A stretch of DNA of 63,581 bases, counting the filler, from Sluysia triapertura (lineage: Eukaryota), in NCBI GenBank assembly GCA_046118255.1. It is 5 parts of 5 records of this genome, joined end to end, with 100 filler letters (N's around TTAATTAATTAA, not from the genome) between each part and the next. Parts side by side here need not be neighbours in the genome. Positions count along the whole stretch, not along the records: positions 13,624 to 27,831 come from JBJNIA010003559.1; positions 27,932 to 40,323 come from JBJNIA010113421.1; 3 more parts are not named here. The stretch is one strand, 5' to 3'. Position numbers and translations under genes: made by a program. Positions 26,757 to 37,343 of the stretch are shown here, piece after piece (the first letter of the stretch is position 1; the number at the start of each line of letters is the position of its first letter). The notes beneath the pieces are model-generated. The model did no database searches, was not told the origin of the DNA, and worked only from the letters and a program-made list of their open reading frames with translations.

Positions 26757-27399
26757 GAAATATTTGGTTTATTGCTTCGTAAACACAATAAAAATTTCAA
26801 AACATTTAAAAACTATACATTAAAAATTGTGATAAAACAAATTCTATAAAATTTCTTCAAATAATTAAAGATTATTCTGATAAAACATTATGTAGTTCAT
26901 AAAAGAAACTTTTTCCGATAAATTCAGTAAATAGGTAAATAGAATTCGGAATGTGCGACATAATGAAAAGTTTTGTTTAAACAAACAAGCGTAAAACACA
27001 TAATCGTAAAAAATAATAGCGATAATAATTAATAATTATTATTTATAGTAATGATAAAAATAATTTCTACATAAATTTATTATTTTATTATTCTAATACT
27101 ATTAAAAAGATTTAAATTTAACTTATATCAAAGTAACATAAATTCAATATTACAACATAATAGTAATAATCTGTTATTAATAGTTATAAAATAGGTAATG
27201 AAGATATGAAATGTATAGGTGTAAGGATAGTATTGAAATTAGTGTAAGTAGAAGTTGTTTAAAACGAAATAAATCGATTTGATTATATTTTATAGTGTAA
27301 AGTGTGGACTGTAGGATATTGTATTGTATAAAGTAATGTGATGTTACTGCATATAAAAGTTAATTGGATTAAAGTGCTAAGTTTTCTCTCTGTAAAAAC

Positions 27400-27610
27400 T
27401 AACAATTATGATTTTTGCAATGAACGGGTTCGTCCGTAATTTGCGCTTTATATCTGAGCGAAGACGCAATTACAGAAGTCAATTAAAATTAAAGAAAAGC
27501 GAGGGTCTATCTCTTAAAAGCAAACGATTCCTCTGAGTAATCTTCTATTTCCTTCAAAAATCTTAAAATTTATCAAAGATTAATTGTTAATCAACAATTT
27601 CTAAATGTGG
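27400..27610 (-). mobile_element. LTR relic with family hairpin
   Basis: Minus strand reads TCTGTAATTGCG...CGCAAATTACGGA-CGAACCCG (27476 to 27425), with AGACCCTC upstream as at 22261. Confidence 0.6.
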
Positions 27611-27831
27611 TGATTTTTTGTATCTAAAGGTTAAACTTTTAATATTAAACTCTTGATATATTTACTTGTTTACAAATGGACAAAATTACGAAAACTCGTA
27701 TATTTATTTATTTATGAACAAAATTATGAAAACTCGTGCAATTTATGAACAAAATTATGAAAACCCAAGTTTTATTCTATAAAAACCAAATAAAAATGAT
27801 ACAAGACAAGATTATATACAACGTAAAAAAT

Positions 27832-27931
27832 NNNNNNNNNNNNNNNNNNNNNNNNNNNNNNNNNNNNNNNNNNNNTTAATTAATTAANNNNNNNNNNNNN
27901 NNNNNNNNNNNNNNNNNNNNNNNNNNNNNNN
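27832..27931. other. Artificial contig spacer
   Basis: Same 100-nt linker. Confidence 0.97.
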
Positions 27932-27954
27932 CACAAATTTTAAATTACTTTAAA

Positions 27955-28717
27955 CCTGGATTATTCAATCCAACGACCGATATTACATGTGAAGGTGAAG
28001 TCGAAGGTAAGCTAAATCGATGTCGCATACACAATTTCTTACGAGACACCCAACTGATTATCGATGCCGATATGAAGGAGGATAAGGACATCGACAACAT
28101 CAAGCCCTATTTTTTCGGATATTTCCATAACAAAATTCGAGTATCCTTAAATCCTTTTTCTGTTATCAGATCCCTACAGCTACCTTTTGATTGGTTGAGA
28201 GAAAATTCATTTGACTAATCATAACCTCATCTACTTCTAAACAGAAGATAGCTTCCTTCGGGCCAGACAAACTTTAAAGCTGTTATACCATTTTTGCCTT
28301 AAATTTGCATGTAGGCAGCTGACCTCTGAGTTAGTAGCACCCATAGACTTTATAAGGGAGAAGGGCGTAACTTTTATTCCCATTTGCAGTAACCCTCCTC
28401 CAGCACTCTTTTCTAAACCCTATACTTCTTCTTCTCCTATCACATCGACATCTATGTCTAAAATCTCTGTATCTTCAAATCTTGTGCCTGTACCAGAATC
28501 GTCAAATCCATAGTCCTTTACCAAACCACAGCATAAGAAACGACAATTAACTCCTCCGCCGGAATTGGATTTGTCCTTCAGCGATTCTCTACGGATGTTA
28601 AGTAAATCACTTCCCGGGACAGTCATTTCTCCTTGTTACTTATTCAAGGATGATGTTGACCCGTGGACTCCGACTGATATCTCATTAACTTATTTACATT
28701 ATTTACATGGAATCTGA
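27955..28717 (+). pseudogene. Decayed extra ORF in the 3' internal region of an LTR element
   Basis: GC-richer stretch readable as about 250 codons with one shift and a few stops (PGLFNPTTDITCEG...KKRQLTPPPELDLS...). Ends about 120 nt before a PPT. No pol motifs recognised. Confidence 0.5.
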
Positions 28718-28824
28718 TCGATATTTTCTTGACTTAGTTATATAACATCATTTGCGATCTACGTTGATTATGTTGATTTTACATATCATTTGCATTATTT
28801 ATGTCGATACTACATTTGATTGGT

Positions 28825-28854
28825 AGGACAAATCTTCCCTGAGGGGAAAATATT
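28825..28854 (+). promoter_or_regulatory. Polypurine tract / gypsy-type 3' internal end
   Basis: AGGACAAATCTTCCCT-GAGGGGAAAA-TATT followed by TGTTGG, resembling the GAGGAC...AGGGGGGAGTATTGT ends of Ty3/gypsy elements. Confidence 0.55.
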
Positions 28855-30712
28855 TGTTGGAGTTACGTAGTTACATATTTGTTTGATTCTTAATTTGTTT
28901 TATAAATATTTTTATTTTATTTATATGCTTATATTTATTATATAAAATAATTAATTTGGAAAAAATAATTTAGTAAAAAATATTTGTATGAAATATATTT
29001 AAAATTTAGTAAAATAATTCTGATTTAAAATATTAAATTTTAAATAATTTTAATTTTGTTTATCTAAATCATTTCATTATTTATGAGAGAAAAATTAAAT
29101 GTGGCTGCTTACTGTGGATTTTATATAAATACAGGTAAAATCTTACATTAAGCAACCAGAGAAAATAAAGTGATAATCTTACAAGAAAATCTATTCCATA
29201 AAGTAGTAAGTTTGTTTGCTTATAAGTTTTGGTTTTCTATTTTGACTTAAATTTTCTTTTATTGTTACGCTAGACCTTAATGAGGCTAGTTTAAGTTGTA
29301 AGTTTAAAATAATTCCAGTATTATAAATTCTTCCAAATACTAACATCAAATATAATTTTTATTATACTTTTTGTTCTGTACCATCTATTAAGTTTTTTTG
29401 TTATATATAGTAAATTTTGCTAGACCTTAAGAAGGGTAGACTAACGTTTAAATTTACTAAATTATTCTAAATTCTAAACTATTTCCAAAACTAGACCATA
29501 ATCAGCTAGTTCAACCAATTAAAAGTTTAAATTAGAATAAGCTGTTGAATATAGAGAATGCATTTCATAATTTAACGAAGAAACTTGTTAAGAGAGATTA
29601 ACTTATTTATTCAATTCAATATTTATTCTAATATCAAAATCCTAATGTGACGTCATCTTCATGGATTTAAGCCGTACTTATTAAGCGAACTGACCTTTAG
29701 ATATTTTGCAAGATAGTTTCTCAGTAATGTGAGAAGGTACCATTCTAAATAAAAGACCACCACATGTCAAAGATCAATAATTATATTTTAATCAATTTCT
29801 AAAAATAATTTATTGATTATTACATATATTTCTAAAAATAATTTTTATGGTAATATTGTTATTATTGTTTTTATTATTATTATAGATTATTTTTGGTATT
29901 ATTATTATTGTAATAAGTTAATATTGTAATAAATTAAAATTTTATTCTTTATAAATTTAAATTCTTTATAAATTAATAAAAGTGAATTAAAATTCTTTAT
30001 TCTTTTCTCATTATTTATTCATAAGGTCACTAGACCTTTAATATAAATACAAGTTTAAAATGCAAAAATCTCAATAATTCAAACTGTTTAAACATTTTTT
30101 CATGAATTGATCATTATTCTCGTGGAACTACTTCATCACTATTGGATCTTTGCTTAAGGATTTTCTTTATCGCACTGTTACTCGTTAGTTTAATTTTTTT
30201 AAGTATCGTCTTTTTTAATTTAAGATCGTACTATTTTACTTAAAATCAATAATTAAAGTTGAAAATTAAAATTAAACTTCATATTAACGATTATACAATA
30301 ATCTTTAAACTGTATAATTTTACAAGTTCATTTATTATTGTTTTTAATATATTCATAATTTATTACATTTCTACTCGTTATAAAGTAAGGCCATCGGTTT
30401 TACTCGGTTGTAAAATCCACGACAAATCTTAGTTAAATTATAAAAGATTGTTAAGGTTACCGTTTTTCCAACACGGTAGTAAAATATTACTTAACATATA
30501 ATCTTTAATTTAGAGGAAAAAAAATATCAATTTCATACTTGTTAAATGATTTTTTTGAAGGACTAGCAAGAAAATACACTTTTATTGTTCCTCCGCATAA
30601 GTTCTTCTAAATTACTGCTTACAACTTATCCCTTAAGTGATTAATACTAAGATTGTAATGAATTCATAGCATAAACAAAACAAACAATTTCAGCAAAAAA
30701 CACTAGCATAAT
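28855..30712 (+). mobile_element. Putative long LTR between PPT and PBS
   Basis: Starts TG after the PPT and ends just before the PBS. Non-coding. Contains three CTAGACC..GGCTAG palindromes and the family hairpin at 30619-30666. Could be two abutting LTR pieces. Confidence 0.45.
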
Positions 30713-30716
30713 AAAC

Positions 30717-30734
30717 TGGTGCCCAGAGTGAGGA
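30717..30734 (+). promoter_or_regulatory. Primer-binding site, elongator tRNA-Met-like
   Basis: TGGTGCCCAGAGTGAGGA, 16/18 to TGGTGCCCCGTGTGAGGA (complement of the recalled animal elongator Met 3' end). About 175 nt upstream of the gag ATG. Confidence 0.7.
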
Positions 30735-30908
30735 AAACCAGTATTTAGAAGAAAATAAGATAAATTTCATAAGTATAAGTATAAATTGCTATAAATCCTA
30801 AATTCATTACTATACCCAAAATTATTAAGACTATAAGTAATACTTAAGTAAAAAATAGATAAACAAAGTGTACTATACGACGATTACCGAGCAAAACTAA
30901 GAAACTAT

Positions 30909-31430
30909 ATGGCATTACCTAATGATTTTATTGAATGTATGGTTCAGTTAGCCAGAGATATGCATCCAATAATGGCATTACCTGCAACTTTTTATTTAAA
31001 TATAAAAGCATAGCCGAAGTAAATGGCTGGAATGAAACCGAATAAGTAAAAAGAATCAAAAATTATTTAACTGAAGTAGCGATCGAGACATACAAGGAAA
31101 TAAACAATACTGATATACAGTCTTGGAATGCATTTGTTAACGCCTTTCCTGAAGAGGCAGCACTTGACGACATGGGGAAATACTATACTAAAATGTTAAA
31201 CTCAAGAATACAAAATATTAATAAAGAATCTGTATATGAATACGCTTGTGCTCTTAAAAGCCTTGTAGCAAAAGCAAAAGTCTCTGAAGATAACAAAGAA
31301 GCAACATTAATAGATAAATTACAAACTGGCTTACGACCAGAATTAATGACATATGCTATCTTAATAGAAGGAAAACCATTTAAAGAAATAATTAAGAAAT
31401 TAAGAATTATAAAGCGATCTTATATTTATG
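30909..31430 (+). pseudogene. gag: Ty3/gypsy-type Gag capsid region (one shift, one stop)
   Basis: YKSIAEVNGWNETE*VKRIKNYL..A...Y, SWNAFVNAF, MHR-like RIQNINKESVYEYACALKSL, and LIDKLQTGLRPEL. Confidence 0.85.
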
Positions 31431-33490
31431 ATAATGATAATATTAACTATGTAAGTGATGATGAATACATAAATAAAGGAGATAAAAGTCATAAATTAAG
31501 AAGAAACACAAATAATTATGATCACAATAATTACGACAGATATAACAGATCGAGATAGTAATTACGATAGCCTAGGTAGAGACGATTCAAATAGTAGAAG
31601 TAATACAAAAAAATTATAGAGGCAATTCAAATAATTATGGGGTAATACGAATTATAATACGAATAATGATAGAAGTAAAGGGTTCAAAAAACAATAAAAT
31701 AAGCAACAAAGACCAGCACCAATTCTAATATTAACAGTTATAAAAATAAAAGTAAACGCCCAATGAGATATGAAAATAATAACAATACACAAACTAACAT
31801 AGATGGAGAAATAAATTGTGATAAGAATGGAAATTACGCAAGAAATAATTTTACTAAGATAAGGGGCTCACAAAGATACCAAAGTCCTAATAGGAAAGTA
31901 AGATTTAACGATAATGATAAGGGACAAATTAATTATAATTATAAAAATAAGAAAAATTACAATTTTAGAGATGGAATGAATGAATACGAAGAAGAATACC
32001 AATATGAAGAAAGACCTAAAAGAAACATCCAGAACAAGCAACCATGAAGAAGAAAAATTAGTAGTGATGAAGAGGATGAAAAGTATTTAAAATTAATATC
32101 TGATGACGAAAAGAATGCAATGCTACGAGAATTCTATATTACTGGATTGGATTGCGATAAAAATAGATTTAGAAATAAACAAGAGGAAATTTTCATGAGT
32201 TATATGTATGATAGATATTTAGAATTTCCAAAAGATAAACAACGAAGGGAACAACGAGAAAAAGAAGAAAATAAACTAACAATTCAACCAATTCAAGTTA
32301 TAATTCGAGAAATATTAGATCGACCTATGGAAGAAGGAATAGAGCAAATAAAAGAAATAAAGGAAAATTACCAAGAAGGATAAAAGAAAAAGAATTCAAG
32401 AAATAATTGATAATTGGGAAGGTAAAACAAAAGAAATTAAATTAGTTAAAAAAGTTAGTAAAGGAAATTGAATCAAATACGGAATCCAGTAATTAGGTGA
32501 ATTAGGTGAAGAAAACAAAAGCAACGATGAAAATTGTAATGAATAATCTAACTTTAGTAATGACCAAGAAGTGGAGACAGATATTGAAAATATTAATTAC
32601 AAGGAAGTAGATGATGAAGAAATGCAAGCGGAAGAAATAGATACAGATATGAAAGAGGAATCATATTTTAGCGCTAATGAAAATGAAAAAAAGGAACCTA
32701 TAATAGTATTGGCTATTAGTATCGGCTACACCTGAAATGAAAATTAAATAAATTGATCAAAAAAGTTGAAGATTTTTTATTGGATATGGCAAATGGTATA
32801 ACAAATGCTAAAAAATTAAATGAAAATTTAAATGAATTATTGAATTCGGAATTAAGTATACAAAATGGGTACGATATTAAATTGATATTAGTATTTTAAG
32901 TAAGGAAGATTGTTTATACAAGAATAAGGCAAGAAGATTATTAAGAAAATAGGCCAAAAAGTAAGAGAAAATAACCCCAAAGACTTGATGAAAATAAGTA
33001 TAAATATTAAGAACGCTTTAAATATTACAATGGAACTCCCTATAACTTCAACTATAGAAGATATTATAGAATTGCTCAAGTCAAATGATTCAACAATACA
33101 TGATATTATTTTATATTTTTATGATAGAAAATTACTACCTAATGATTACATAAATGATTACGGTTATCCATCAATGAATGGAAACATCAATGACTTCCGC
33201 AGTTATAATGACCTTTATATGACTTAGCAAAATTAGATAAACTTATAAATGATAATGATGATGACGTCGATTTAGACAGAACCACAAGATTACTATTAAA
33301 GGAATTATTTGGAAATAATTATAATGAAAACAAATCTAATAATAAAGATTATACGGATAATAGTAAAATAATAGATATTACTAATGATAATGATAATAAT
33401 GATGATTTTGAAGAAAAACCTGACTATCTAGTAAATTTAAATAAAAACCCGCATATGGAAACTGAAGATAAAGAAACCAATATACTTTTC
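31431..33490 (+). pseudogene. Gag extension: N/R-rich, then acidic, then helical, then ubiquitin-like domain (32988-33170), then SIM-like tail (copy 2)
   Basis: Continuous same-strand coding-like fragments (31763-32047, 32120-32383, 32985-33227 and others). No CCHC knuckle or DTG/DSG protease seen. Truncated at about 33490. Confidence 0.75.
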
Positions 33491-33494
33491 TGTT

Positions 33495-33926
33495 AATCGA
33501 AAATCATGTACGATCATATTACTTAATATCCGTTTACTATGAAAGAGTAAACTTAATCTTACAAAATATCTGAAGGTTATGTCTACTTAATAAATCCACT
33601 TAATTTAAATCAATGTGGAAGACGTCTTATTAGTATTTTAAATACGACAGTTTTTGGTTGCCACTTAATCGTGCAGTCAAGATGTATTTTGTGTGTAGTA
33701 ACGCAACTTAGGCAGAGTCAATCAACAAATTGAACTAGCCTTTATGGTCTAGTTTATGATCAAAGATTAAGCTAGCCTTTAAGGTCTAAAGTGCAAATTA
33801 GGTTTAATTTTAATGGATTTTAAAGAATTCCAAATTGAATTAGCCTTTTAAGGACTAGCAAATAGTAACATATTCTAATCGTAAATAATAATGCGTTTAA
33901 GTCGTAAGAATGTATTATCCACAACA
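33495..33926 (-). mobile_element. Inverted diverged copy of the 29265-29780 LTR-like sequence
   Basis: The reverse complement aligns to 29640-29780 (GACGTC, TTATTAAG, ACCTT.AGATATTTTG.AAGAT) and carries the same three CTAG palindromes. Confidence 0.75.
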
Positions 33927-33965
33927 CAAAAATTATAACTCAACTAAGATAATTACATATAGTGA

Positions 33966-34700
33966 GCACAATCTCTGAAGAACAAACCAGCCATATACAT
34001 TACACATTTGGAAACTTCTGATACTGTCCGCTGTACCACCTGCTACATCATACAGAAATTCAACCCTTATGATGGATGCAGCCTCCGAAAACACCAAGGT
34101 AAGTTGCGCAATCGTCAATCTGGTCAACCAGTCATAATAAAAAGTACGTGCTCCCTTATATTCAATAACCACTCTGAGCTAGCTCGACACCTACTCACCC
34201 ATACAACCCCAAACAATCTCCAATATCAAGTGACTGCAGTTGATCTTGACTCACCAGTTGTGTCATAATGTCCTATTTCAGCGCCTACATTGCTGACTCT
34301 GACTCAGTTGTTCTTGATTGCCTGACAGCAATATATACGGTGATGTTCAGGCCTTCCTGAACAACTTCCCTATACCAAAACTTTCAAGATGGACTTACCT
34401 ATAAGAGAATTTTCAACTTAGAAAGGCACTGGATAATGATAATTTTCAGCAAGAATGCCAGTTCCTACGTCATTGTGGACCCTCTAAATTCCCAACCTGG
34501 CCACTTGCACATTACATCAGCAATGTCGTATCTACCCATAAATCACTACCAATATACCCAGTACCACAAGATTACAGGTATCGACCAATACAATATCCTA
34601 CACAAATTGGACCAACTGATTGCGGACCCTATATATGTGATGCTGCATTACAATACAAACGAAATCCTGATGTGGTGTCACGCTTCAATATACAACATAC
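33966..34700 (+). pseudogene. C2H2 zinc finger(s) plus Ulp1/SENP-like C48 cysteine protease, frameshifted; probable 5' part of a NeSL-like non-LTR element
   Basis: CTTC..LRKH and TCSLIFNNHSELARHLLTH, then LDSPVIMSYF, IFNLERHWIMIIFSKNASSYVIVDPL (His 34427, Asp 34478) and, in another frame, YPTQIGPTDCGPYIC (Gln 34603, Cys 34621). Confidence 0.8.
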
Positions 34701-35121
34701 ATCTCATCCACTATCACCATCAACCACATAAACCTCATCACATAAACAAAAATCACATCGAAGTAAAATACATTTACAACATCTGCAGTATTTACAACAT
34801 TTACAACACTTTTATCTCCCGCAAATCACAAACGCGTAATAAAATCTTTTTTAGTAATACCTCCTTATATGTAACGCCTGTTGTCATCTCATCATCACTA
34901 CGGCACTACCTTTTCATTGTATTTCTTGTCTTCAAAGTTATGAAGTAATCATATTTTTATGGTGTCTTAACATGTTATTATTATTGCTTACTACTGTTAA
35001 ATGGTTTTTCGATTTATTAAATAACATCACAAATATTTATTAGAAACACCTTTTTGCATCTTTAACCAAAACTATGTAGTTCCCAGTAGTTGCCTGACTC
35101 AGCATTTGAAGAATTAAATAG

Positions 35122-35460
35122 GCATCACCAACCACCACAACTACTCAAACAGTATTTATAAATAGCGATTACTACGATCAAGAACAAATGAATGAACAGA
35201 ATCAAGAATTGGAAGTAAATGATAAAGACGAAATGCATAACGCGACATCTGATGGTGACACATCAGGTTGTAAACTTACTGCTGAAGAGTTACTGAATGG
35301 AAAAAGAGAAGACGAAGAACATGAAGAAATTGAGAATGTTGGAATTGATTGTTCGAGTTCTCAAATAAATTCAGACGAAAACGCTGTCATATGTGAAAAC
35401 AACCAAGAAACAAATATCGATTCTGAAGAAGAACGGGAATTTGTTAAAGAGTTGATTTAA
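35122..35460 (+). other. Acidic coding-like segment, possibly an orphan terminal exon
   Basis: Open from an AG at 35120-35121 through the 35188-35460 ORF. E/D/N-rich. No upstream exons identified. Confidence 0.35.
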
Positions 35461-37288
35461 ATATTCGAATAATATTAATGTACAACTTATTTTCGTGGAA
35501 AATTTTGCTTAACATATATAATTTCAAGTGTTTATTTTATAAAAATTAAATATACAAAGTTTAAATCATTATATATATGTACATGTTTAGATTAATGTAT
35601 TTGAAAACTGTACATAATTTATATTAAATTTGTGTTTACATAATTTTTGTAATCACTGTTTACAAAAATGATGATGTATCATTCTAATTCTTTATTTTAA
35701 GAACTATACTGTGGTGATCCCATATCCCTCTAAGATTAAAACAAAATTATACAATTTTATAAATGAAATATGCCTTGGTTATATTAAATTTAAACTTTGG
35801 TAGCTGCTTAGACAAACATATCTTAAGCCGTTTCATATTCCTTTATTTCGACTTTTTGAAGTCATTTTTAAATCAGGATTCTTCAGCAAATTTTCAATGT
35901 CTGGTTATGCTAAAATATTGATGACAAATATTAGAATAAAATAAAAAAATAATTAATAAATAAAATTAAAATAATTAATTTAAAGCAAAAAATGTGTTAT
36001 TTTATTTAAATTTTTATATTTAGACTTTGAGTCGCATAGTTTATTTCGGTTTCGTCGTAATTAAACGATATGAATTATTGAACATATTAAAAATAAGATT
36101 TTAATTGAATAACATCTTAAATAAATCAAATGATATTGATATCTTTTTACACTATATCAAAATTAAATGTTGAGCATTCAAAACAATCATTCATTGATGC
36201 ACTTAATTTGATTTAAATAGATAATTTTATTTTAATTTTAGATAAGTTTAAATAAATAAATTTATTATTGTTAAACTAAGATTTAAGCTATTCATAATTT
36301 TATAATTAAAGCAAAATCTAATAATAAAATATTTTTTGGAGTATCTAGTGTTATGTAATTTGATTATCTTAAAGAGGAATTCAAATATTATATTTTTTTA
36401 TTTGATTTTATTTTTCATATACATTTAGGTTGTGCACCAATATTATTGATAGATCCGTCGAAATTGTAGAACAAAATCCAGATGAGCATAGTGCTTAATG
36501 GTTTTAAGTGTTAGAATTTTAAAGTTGTATAACTAATTGTAAAAATAGCAATAATTAAAAATTGTATATTTAATTAAAGATTGTATATTTAATAATTAAA
36601 AATTGTTATAAAAGTCCCTAATATTAAGGACTGTTTAGAATTTTTGTGGTTAGTTATTAGAGATTAGTAACTATTCATAATCGGTAATATATCATTGATT
36701 TCGGCTCACCGTTCCTTTATCGTACTTATATTATCTATTATACCAATCAAGCAACTGTAGTACATATTTTCCGATCTTTCTGATTGATCTCATCTCTTAG
36801 TTTGTTGATGCATCTTATGTTAGTTTGTATTTATTTGTGTGTTAGTATTCGTTTTTTCGATGATGCCCTTCGATCAGTTGTCATTTTTGCTTGCTAATTA
36901 AGTGTGACAATTCCCCATTCATATTTTTTACATCCTGCTTTTTATTTTTTGTGTTAACTCGTTTCAAGGCATTTTTGGCGTTTATTAAGATTTTTTAACG
37001 ATGTTTTTGTTCTGGTTTATTTTCTAAACTTTCAATAGTATTGAGTAAGTTTCAATTGATTTTTATATTTATTTAACTTAACTTATATTTTTATATACAT
37101 TAACATATGTATATTTTCTTAACATTACAACGTTGTTAATTTGGTTAATGTTGTTAAATATTCTGATTATTAAATATTTTTATTAAATGCAAATTCGTTT
37201 TTTAAAATAATGATTTAAGAATCTTTAACATATATTGTTTTTAATTTAGATACATCCTGCAATAAACATCTTTAGTAATGAATGACAG

Positions 37289-37343
<55 letters not shown>

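Noticed and set aside
27679-27766. Three ACAAAATTAYGAAAACTCGT repeats as a CRISPR-like array
   Set aside because: Spacers are very short and similar, there are no cas genes and the context is eukaryotic. It is a simple minisatellite.
34436-34948. 170-aa ORF as an intact gene
   Set aside because: Only its start is in the protease frame; the Cys motif lies in another frame and the His-rich tail is out-of-frame read-through.
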